Assembly (NCBI GenBank): GCA_000934665.2
Contig: JYFJ02001510.1
Span: 1 to 64,000 of the forward strand
From: Catajapyx aquilonaris
Lineage: Eukaryota
Direction of reading: 5' to 3'
Length of the DNA stretch: 64,000 bases
The notes under the pieces are model-generated. The model made no database searches and was not told the DNA's origin. It saw only the letters and a list, made by a program, of their open reading frames with translations. This document shows, in pieces, positions 1 to 9,301 of the stretch. Numbering within the stretch: position 1 is the stretch's first letter; every line of letters starts with the position of its first letter. The translations under genes were made by a program, and so were the position numbers.

Positions 1-507
1 CCCCCCCCCCAGAAAAAAATTGTTGATCCGTCACTCGTCATGGCAAAATTGAGTTTCAATGATTTTGCCTGTTTCCATGGCAATGGTCCAGGTGATGGGG
101 GAAAAAAAGTTCAATTTTCATTTTCCCATAGCGCATATCTATCCTAACCCAAATCATCTGATGAAGGTGTATCAGTCTTTAAATTCCATTCTCATCTTGG
201 ATCATTTTCTGCTATGAAATTGTCCATCAGCCTAATGTTCATGGTAACATGGCCGGGACTATGGGTGGGACAATGCATGTTCATAAAATTAGATAAAGTT
301 TTCAACAACTAAATATTTTGTCCACATTGCCATGGGAATGCATATTAGCTTTCATAATTAATTCTTGTGCCCAAGAATGAGAGCACTGCCCAGCGGGAAA
401 ACCATTGCGTTACAGGGGACATAAACCCGTGACGAGATTTTTTCAGGAGAATTAGCCTGAGGTCCATAACAGTAGATTCTGGTCCCTCAAAAATCAGCAA
501 ATGTGAC

Positions 508-1006
508 TCACTTCTTTATCTTAAAAGGTGGCTTCACCTCCACCTTTTCAGCCTTTCGTTGCCTGAAGGTGCCCTTTGGCTTCAGTGCCTTGTAAACGGG
601 GAAGGCCTTCTGGGTCCACATGTCCCTCTCTCGGAGCCAGATGCGCTGATACTCCATTGAGATCAGCATGCTCATGTCTGGCTTATCCTGTAGTTGTCGA
701 ATTACACTAATGGTCATTTCTCACAATAACAGTTAATTAGCCCCACAAATTACACTTACAGTTTCATAGGATGGTTGGAAAGGCCAGGGGTAGCTCCCTG
801 CTCGTCGGCCCTTGGTCTTACGATTGGTCTCATCTCTCTTGCGATTGAATGCCTACAAAAATGCACAAAATTGAGCAATCTACTTGCTGCCACCTACTCT
901 CATAGAAGGAATTTAATAATCTTAGTTGAAGTTATTTGGTTACCAGAACGGCATCACACATGCACGGGCTGTTGGTGCAGTTCGGTTTGTCCCCTTTACA
1001 CTCCAT
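508..1006 (-). CDS. Small spliced protein, CFAP77 (cilia- and flagella-associated protein 77)-like C-terminal region; 3' end uncertain
   Basis: Three exons join in phase 0 across GT..AG introns of 91 and 72 nt: 1006-944 (MECKGDKPNCTNSPCMCDAVL), 852-760 (AFNRKRDETNRKTKGRRAGSYPWPFQPSYET) and 687-508 (DKPDMSMLISMEYQRIWLRERD...KPPFKIKK). 'MSMLISMEYQRIWL' resembles the recalled CFAP77 'FDLLQHRYLQLW' block. A GTGAGT donor at 511 overlaps the TGA, so another exon may follow. Confidence 0.45.
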
Positions 1007-1171
1007 GTTTTTGTACTTTTAAAATGATGCTGATGATTCCAAAAGGACACCCCCAGTGTAATGTGTAAACAAACCATCTGTTGCCTTGATACGGGAGTAA
1101 AGGTATTTGTTGAATAGAGATGGTACTACTGGTGGTTTCCAGTGGTGATGTCTGATGTATTTGGACCACAT

Positions 1172-4100
1172 TTATTTTCCAGATGTTGTGATTTGATGGG
1201 TTATTTCTTCTAAGCGACTATGAACAGCTGTCCCTTCATACAGTGCAGAAAAATCGTCATCCTTTTCCAACTGAAGCATAATGTTTTTTGCACGACTGAG
1301 ATCGTATTTCACATGATTTGGACCTAATTCCCAGCCAAACGCAGTACATTTCTGATTCTGCTTAAGTCTGCTGGTGACTATGCATTCAAGCATATTAAAG
1401 AATTCCTCATAATCCATTCCATGAATGCCGCAGAGGATGGCCTGGCACTGTTTATCCCAGCCTTCCATATCCCTGCAGTCATCTACTTCTGCTTTGACTT
1501 TATGTAGAGCTGCCTTGAGTGAAGCCCAGATCACATCAATGTTGGTGCCATTAAACCAGTTGTGGTTTATTGATATAGTATCTTCCTGAAAATGGAAGAA
1601 TTATGAGCATGAAGTCCATATACTGTATGTGTGCTTCAGGAATGGACATGATGTGGGAAAAAACAATATTGTACATTAACTAATTTTAAGCAATGCAAAG
1701 CAATTTATGGTGATAAAATTAAATTGATAATATTTTGCATTCCTGTGTGCTAATGAGTAGCTTATACACTCAATTAGAATTAGGCAGCTGTTGGGACATG
1801 AACAATGCTTTTGAAAACAAGTAACTGTGCAGTCACTTGTCCTTCATCATATTTCTGCATTATGTATCTCTTTTTGGTCATATTTTTCTATGTGTACTAG
1901 GGTCTTATCCATTACAGGTTCACATACCAAATTCCATACTTGATGGTGCCAACATGATGGAACAAAAATAATTTCACCAGGGCCTTGAATAACTTCAATT
2001 TGATCTGCAGTCTTTTTGGAACCTGATCCAACATCATATGCTAAATTTCCCAAGGAGTCCTTCAATGATTCTTCACTTCCTGGAGGGAACAAAACCCACT
2101 TCTTCCTACCAGAAACATTTGCTGACCAGCTGAATGAACTGAACACATCAGCATGTAGTGGAGTCCTATTCGTAAGACAGAAAGAAAGTTGTGTCATTAA
2201 GTAAATACAACTCAAGCTGGCTAATTGTCATACCATGTTCCCTTAGGTCCCATGTAAACAAATTGATAATCATCCCTTTCTTCTTGATTCTTGACAGCCC
2301 AGTACTCATTCAACCAATCAGAAGCAAAGTAAACTGGTGTAATGTAGGCTTCGTAATATGGACAATCTCGCCTGAAGTGCCAATCCTGAAGGACAACAAT
2401 GTTACAATCAATTATTCTGATTAGAATTTTTCAATTGGAATTGTACAGTTCTGGTCATATATCGAGGCAACCGCCAGTGACATTTTCTGAAGCGGCAGAA
2501 GAAGGAATCGAAGATACACATACTTCAAGCATGGGCGAGCAAGATTCCTTCTTCTGCCACTTTGGAAAATGTCGCTGGCAGTTGCCTCGATATATGACCA
2601 GAACTGAACGCATTCTATATAATGATGGTGAGTAATTCATCAAGAATAATAATTACAATTCCTTTTCATCAACACTACATATCAATGATGAAAGCAATGT
2701 ACAGTACACATTTCACAGCTACTCTTTCCACAAAAGCAGTTGTGACATACTTTTATCATGTCGGAAAATCCATTAGCAACTAAAGCTATCTGGCTAGAAT
2801 ATGATAGAGAGATAGATGGAGAGAGCATGTAATAAAAGAATAAAGGTGGTATTTCTCTTGAGCTGGCTTAATCTACACCATGCCTTACAGCAGTGAAGTA
2901 CCCTGAGACCTAATACAGGGTGGGGCAAAAGTCACGGGCTGGTTTAAACGATGCAGCATGGCGTAAGTAACGAACTATTATATTTTTTTAAAATTACACT
3001 ACGCAGAGAAAGATATCCCATTTATGGATCAAGGTCCAAAATAGTCACTTCTTGAAAACAACACCAGATAGATGTCCACCTTTGCAGGCAACACATATTC
3101 CTCCAAACGCTTGACGAAACCCATCATAACGCGCTCCAGCATGTCCAGGGAAATGTTTCTCACAGCGTGTCTTATCTGATTCTTAAGATCAGCCAATGAC
3201 TGAGGACGTGTGGCGAACACCAAACTCTTCAGGTACCCCCACAAGAAGAAGTCGGGGGTGGTCAAATCCAGCGACCACAAAGGCCAAGGAATGTCCCCAA
3301 ATCTCGAAATGACGTTCCCAGGAAACACTTGACTTTTAATTTGTTTGGTGTTCGCCACACGTCCTCAGTCATTGGCTGATCTTAAGGATCAGAGAAGACA
3401 TGCTGTGAGAAACATTTCCTTGGACATGCTGGAGCGCGTTACGAAGGGTTTCGTCTGGCGTTCGGAGGAATATGTGTTGCACGCAAAGGTGGACATCTAT
3501 CCGGTGTTGTTTTCAAGAAGTGACTTTTTTGGACCTTGATCCATAAATGGCATATCTTTCTGTGTGTAGTGTAATTTTTAAAAAATATAATCGTTCGTTA
3601 CTTACGCCATGCTGCGTCCTTTAAGCCAGCCCATGACTTTTGCCCCACCCTGTACAGTACTACACTGTAAGTACTTGCTCTTCCCACATTCAATATTAAA
3701 TAACACAGCTCATGCTGATACAAAACTCGCATCCTGCATACCAACTTTTAAATAGAGAAGTGATTCTCCCGAGCTGTATCCCCTTGCCACGTATTTCCTC
3801 CAGTAGTCTAGGTAATCATGAAGTACCCAGTCCTTCTTTTCCTGGGCATTGTAATACTTCTGATTACAATCTGCAACCGGCACTGTCACCGCCCCTGCAA
3901 TCACAGATCTTTATTATAAAACGTCCGTTTCGCATTTCCCAGTGACACATTACCAAACATGTCATCCAGTTTGTCAAAACATGGTTTCCCATCCCTCTGG
4001 ACCCAGTCGGTCCTGCTGGGCCATCCACAGGTGAAGTCGCCGGAGAAGAGGCAAGGCACATTCCTCACCATATGTTCCGTGAAGAACTCATCGTATGATA

Positions 4101-4212
4101 TCCGGTCCCTGATCACCACCAACTTCCCATCGTTCGTCCTTTCACTTTCCAAGCCTACAAGATCAGGGCTGACATCAAAACCTGGCATTTTCAGCGGATC
4201 TCCACTAGTCAT
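1172..4212 (-). CDS. JMJD4: 2-oxoglutarate/Fe(II)-dependent oxygenase JMJD4 (JmjC domain; eRF1 lysyl hydroxylase family)
   Basis: Exons 4212-3954, 3894-3746, 2385-2234, 2165-1928 and 1585-1172 are phase-compatible with GT/AG ends. Motifs: VPVADC..KYYNAQ, LLYLKDWHF, YFASDWLNEY, DDYQFVYMGPKGTWTPLHADVFSSFSWSANVSGRKKW (HxD), IFVPSCWHHQVWNLEDTISINHNWFN, GWDKQCQAIL. Confidence 0.93.
2446..2606. mobile_element. Palindromic MITE in JMJD4 intron 2
   Basis: Termini CAGTTCTGGTCATATATCGAGGCAAC ... GTTGCCTCGATATATGACCAGAACTG. The inverted arms are about 65 bp around a short spacer, with TA on the left flank. Confidence 0.8.
2916..3652. mobile_element. Non-autonomous Tc1/mariner-superfamily foldback element containing decayed transposase 3' fragments
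   Basis: TA|CAGGGTGGGGCAAAAGTCA...TGACTTTTGCCCCACCCTG|TA. Arms of about 305 bp (2916-~3222 and ~3346-3652). The ORF 3358-3029 reads FPGNVISRFGDIPWPLWSLDLTTPDFFLWGYLKS, a decayed WPPRSPDL..DFFLWGYLK transposase motif. Confidence 0.88.
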
Positions 4213-4527
4213 GCCGCAGCAGCCCGCAGGAGGAGAACCATCTTTATTTGTCGCATATGATGACTCTATTTGAAAAGCAACTACGCTTGCTTTCCCCCGT
4301 CACAAGTTAAACATGGCGGCCTGCTAACGTCTTGAGATCGTGTGAGATCCGGTGCTCTTCATTTCTGTTGTTATAATTGCGGCAATTACTGCCCTGCTGC
4401 TAGCTGTGCCACGACACGTGCGTCTGCCATTTGATGCTTGGATAACAACAAACTGCAATGCCTTTATTTTGCAGGGCGGCTGATTGACCAATAGGATACC
4501 GTAATTAACAGTACCGTATCTCGTGCC
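4213..4527. promoter_or_regulatory. Bidirectional promoter between JMJD4 and the CNPase homolog
   Basis: Only 315 bp separate the divergent ATGs. The interval is CpG-rich relative to its flanks, with a YY1-like AAACATGGCGGC at 4309-4320 and CCAAT at 4488-4492. Confidence 0.6.
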
Positions 4528-6350
4528 ATGGGTCAAAAGTCGAGTGCCTTGACCAACAGGCGGTCGACGGAGGAGGCTGGGGCCGGGGCTGCGGTTGTGG
4601 CCGAGGCTTCACTGCAGCCGACTGACCTGGTGAAGGAGCTGGAGTTGGTGGCTGAACTGACAGAGGAGTGCAGGCGCAGCTCAGCGGGGAATGACAGCCA
4701 AGGGCAGCCTGGGGAGGACAAGGCCTTTATCCACCCCTTCTTGCAGGACTGGATGACAATTGATTACCTCAGATGCTCCAAAGTTATTTTCATCATGAGG
4801 GGCATCACCGGCAGCGGAAAGACCACCTTGGCCAGGAAGATTCAGGAGACTTATACCAATGCCACCATTTGTTCTGCTGACGAGTACTTTTCCAGGACGG
4901 GAAAGTTAGTCCATCATCTGACTCGATTTAATGACTGACCTGCCATTGCTAAAATATATTTTCGGAACAGATTGCATCAATAACTGAGGTTTTCATGGCC
5001 TATATTTTGTTGTTGATTGTTTACCAAACAATTAGCAACTGAAATGCAGCATTATACAGACATTTCAGTACAACTTAAAACTGTAACCTTGAATGTAGAA
5101 AATGTCTCAGCTTTCATTTTAGCATATGTTACAGGTTTAACTGAAATGATTATTGCTTTACAATCTTCTGTATTGTACTACTGATCCTGACCTGTTGCTG
5201 CTCTTTCCACCAGGTATGAATTTGACAAAGGCAAGCTATCTGCAGCACATAGTTATTGTCAGACCAAAGCAAGACAAGAGTGTGAAAAGAACTGTCCAGT
5301 GATCATCATTGACAACACAAATGTGAAGATGTGGGAGATGAATCCCTATGTGAAAATGGCTTCTGAGTTTGATTATGTTGTTGTGACAGTGGAGCCGAAT
5401 ACCCCCTGGAAGAGAGATGCCCTGGCTTTGTCCAAAAAGAGTTCCCATGGTGTTTCACTGGATGTAATCAAGAAAAAGCTCAAGGACTTTGACCACGGCA
5501 TCCCTATATTTTATGGTTGGTTCCTCAATGAAACAGATTCGGAAATGCTCCTTCTGAGTGGGAAATCCTGGCTAGAGAGGTGCCTGCAGGTCCCTGACTT
5601 TACTTCCAGCATCAAGGAATACGCCCAAGCCTGCAACATTTATGGTCAGCTTCTGTGTTTTAGCATGCATTTACTTGCAGTGTTATCTAACAAGGTTGCT
5701 GTACTTTCACTTTCCCTTCAGACCCTACATTGTTCTTCACCCGTGACACCTTCATGGACTCATCCAACATCATCCATTGCACCTCCAAGTTCTGTGGCAA
5801 GACAGCCACTGGAGTCAAAGAGTACCACTCAAAACCTGAGGTCGTACAGTCACGTGGGAGGCGTTTCCGGATGCATGTTGTGGGGTTTGTGATGACCTCT
5901 GACACATTCTCTGCCAGGCTGAAACTAACAGAAGAGCAGCTGCCCTTGTGGGGTCAGGATGACCACGAAAAGCCTCCTGTTGGACTTCGCACCCGTTCCA
6001 CCGTTGCCAATCTGGGTAGAAAAGCTCCTTTACAGCATTCACCCGAACGCAGCTGCACTGCATCATTTGTTACTATTGCCCAAGATGGTGCCGACAGGTT
6101 CAGGCCTGTTTCTGGGTTTGGAAGTAGGGCACATGTAACCATAGGGTGTGCCCCAGGGGTAAAGCCAGTGGCAGCGGGATTTGATGCTATGAGAGCTATA
6201 GGGTGTGAGGAGGAGGTGGCAGAGAACAGGGGGCAGCAGCAGTCTTTCAAAATACCTGGTGCAGAGCTCAGATTTTATGGTGGAGACCTGTGGGTGCTCT
6301 ATCCAGACAAACAGATTGTTGTCAGCGGCCTGTTTTCAGGTCGCTATTGA
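4528..6350 (+). CDS. CNP: 2',3'-cyclic-nucleotide 3'-phosphodiesterase (CNPase) homolog: N-terminal polynucleotide-kinase-like P-loop domain plus C-terminal 2H phosphoesterase
   Basis: Exons 4528-4904, 5214-5644 and 5722-6350 are phase-compatible. Walker A IMRGITGSGKTT, CSADEYF and IIIDNTN. Two HxT motifs: IIHCTSKFCG and GSRAHVTIGCAPGVKPVAAG. Also PIFYGWFL and a C-terminal GLFSGRY, as in vertebrate CNP. Confidence 0.88.
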
Positions 6351-7628
6351 ACAAGCAAACAAAATCATTCAATGTTGTACTCCCTGTGCACCAATTATGG
6401 AAGGGATTATGTAATTTGAGGCCCACCGAGTACAGTGTGACTGGCGATTGGGATAAGAGGCATAGAATGACGTAGAACAGCACTGATCTAATTGCCAATC
6501 TGGTATAATTTTGTAAAGATGCAGTCGTCTCAGATTCTTTCTGCTAAAACATGCTGATTTTGAAATTGCTAATTTTCAGGAGATGTACTTTCAAATGTAG
6601 CTCACTTGTCAGTGCCAAGAATTTCAATTGTATGTTGAAGTTATCCAGAGCAAAACAATCAATTACTTCAGACATTATTAGTATAGGCTGGTATAGGTGA
6701 TGGAGGAACAATTTGAAGATTTTGTGTATACTTGTAGAACTGAGTGCCTTTCGAGGTTATAAACTGAATTGGGAAGATTTTAAGGTAGGCTGTAAACTTG
6801 TGAATGGGAGACATGAGAAAAGGCATAATATCAAACGTCCATTTGTGAGTTTGAGCCTTGTGGAGGCCAATTTAAGCAGTATTCAAGGGTATAGTTCAAT
6901 CATGGCATCAGGTTAATTCAGCCAGATGGATTGGTGACTGAAAATTAAATCAATGGGAACTGGAAAAATGCCAAGTTTTCTTTTTCACTAGAAGAGAGAA
7001 AGTAGGTTGCAGTATTTTTATGCCAACGTAGGGACTCGAAGGGGCATTTTTAATTTGAGGTTTTTAAATCGGGGTTTATTTTACAAACATGTGGATGTAA
7101 TTGGTTATTGACTCCTTGCATCATTAATACTGTACCATCCCTTTTACAAATGAATTTTTAATTTTTGCAGCTACCAATTTAGCTCTTGCAGCTACTAGTT
7201 TTGCATAGCAATGTTATGTGCATGTTAAGAAATGACATTTCTAGCATTACTGTAAAGAGTATAAACAGAGGACTGGACTTTTCTAGTCATGATGTAAATC
7301 AGTAAATAGAAATAATGTGAAATCTATCATTTTTATGTATCTGTATTTTCCCTAAGGATATGCTACTTATTTTGTCCACATTTTACACGATCATGTTTGC
7401 AGACAGAGAGAGTATTACCACGATTTTACAATGTGATGTATTTTCTTGAAAGTGACTATTGATATGTAATATACTGGTATTAGAAATGGTTGGGCGAGTT
7501 TTCCTCATACAGGGTTGGTTGCCTGTTTCGTCAAGGTCACCACTTGGAATAAGGTCGCGTGTAGCGAGATAACCTTGTGCCTTTGTAATGGGGGTGCGTC
7601 CATGGTCCGCTGCCAAAAATGAAAAAGA

Positions 7629-7700
7629 GGGCCTGTCCGGGATTCGAACCCGGGACCTCTCGCACCCGAAGCGAGAATCATACCCCTAGACCAACAGGCC
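7629..7700 (-). tRNA. tRNA-Pro (anticodon CGG)
   Basis: GGCCTGTTGGTCTAGGGGTATGATTCTCGCTTCGGGTGCGAGAGGTCCCGGGTTCGAATCCCGGACAGGCCC (72 nt). Acceptor stem GGCCTGT/ACAGGCC is fully paired, the anticodon arm is CTCGC-TTCGGGT-GCGAG, the T-loop is intact, and TTTTT Pol III terminators follow immediately. Confidence 0.95.
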
Positions 7701-9204
7701 ACGCGCTGGGGACCCACTCCCACAAGCCCTAGACCATAGGCCGGGCTTAAGGAGGGGGCCTCGCCGCCAGGTGCGGGCCCCGTATCCGCCGCGGGGCATC
7801 TGCCCGCCGCCCCCCGTGGGCCACCGGGGCCTCCCGTTGCCACCCCTGTGAACCAGGCGAAGGAGGGAGGCCCAAAATACGACGGGATCAGATTAGTTTG
7901 CACTCCAGGCGGCCCCGGGAGGTGCTGCCATCTGACTGGACCAACCCTCCAACTGAATGTGGTACGGTACCGTACACTCACATCAATGCTTATGTCATGT
8001 CAAATGAGCTTTTAACATTATTTTGTTTGGACAAAAACCTTGGAAAGGTGCGTAAAACGTTTGCCAGTGCCACCATGCATTTTTCCTACTTCATGCAGCT
8101 GGCATATCACAATTATCTAATCATGACGTAAGACACCGTGGGAGTCTAATGACTGTAGAGTACACTGTTAACTGCAAAATAATGATGGCCTATTCACACT
8201 GCCTCTTAAAAAAAAAAATCCAAGCAAGCTTTATAAGTGCTATTTTAATTGGGTGAAATTTTCGCCCCTCTGATGACCAGTGATTGCTAATTTAGCAGTA
8301 CCAGTGTTAACAGTGGTACTGCTAAGTTAGCAGTGGGGCATATTCCATCCACTGTTATTTAATTTGTAAAAGGGGAAGCTTGGGCACCGATGTCTGGGAA
8401 AATGAGTGGCTGCCCAAGTTGACTTCAATGCTTGTTTTGTTGGCGTGCAGGTCCAGACATGCTCTTGTGAGTCCACCTTTACACTAAAGTTAGTTAGGCA
8501 CTTTGTAGCGCAACAGTACAGTAGTGGTGGCAGCTACAGTTCCATAAACAAGGTTGTGTTGTGATGTGATAATATACCAAAGGTGGATTATGTAAAGATG
8601 CAGTAAATAAAACATCTGTTAAAGCAGTGTAACAGTTTAGACTATGTTATTATCAATCCCCCAATTTTTCCCCAGTGAATAAATTTGCAGGTGATATTAT
8701 GATGCCTGTGGGAGCCCAGAAGCTGAAGGTCTAATGCAAAATTCTCTTGCCATTTGCAGAAGTGATGAAAGCTCTAGAGCAGAGCTTCAGGGAACTAGTT
8801 GTAGCACCTTCATCTTTCTGACCAAGATAGTAGCTCTAAAATGATTACATGCAACATTAGAACATGACAACTCATCATCTTGTGTTATCACCCTGACTTA
8901 TCTAGTTTGGGTTAGGAGGTCAAGCAGAATTTAGATAGAGCAGTGGAAGGGGGGCGGGGGTTCTGCCTTTTAAGCCTGGAAGAGCCATATTCAGCAAATG
9001 AATGTCTGCCAGTCAATTATGTGTCTGACTTTGTTAGAATCCCTGTACTGGCTCTACTTTCACTTCAAGTCAACAAAACTTCATCAATAGTAGCTGAAAC
9101 CTTACTCAGCTGAAATAGTGTTCCTCAATTTGTGCAACCTAGTCCACGTCAAGTTAACTAGTTCACTTTTGCTTCATTGATCCTGGTCATACGAAATACT
9201 CTTA

Positions 9205-9301
9205 TGCCCGATTGCACCAACGAAATTATCGATTCCATAGCTCCTAACAGATCATTAGCACATGCTATCTGATCAGTAATTTTGGTTGGTGCAATCGGGC
9301 A
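9205..9301. mobile_element. PIF/Harbinger-type MITE
   Basis: TTA|TGCCCGATTGCACCAAC...GTTGGTGCAATCGGGCA|TTA: a 17-bp perfect TIR with a 3-bp TTA target duplication. Confidence 0.8.

Noticed and set aside
3029..3539. Possible active transposase
   Set aside because: Only C-terminal fragments are present, the WPPRSPDL motif is mutated, and there is no DNA-binding domain.
7505..7981. 158-aa minus-strand ORF
   Set aside because: It reads through the tRNA-Pro gene and a GC-rich patch, has no domain signal, and is best explained as a compositional artefact.
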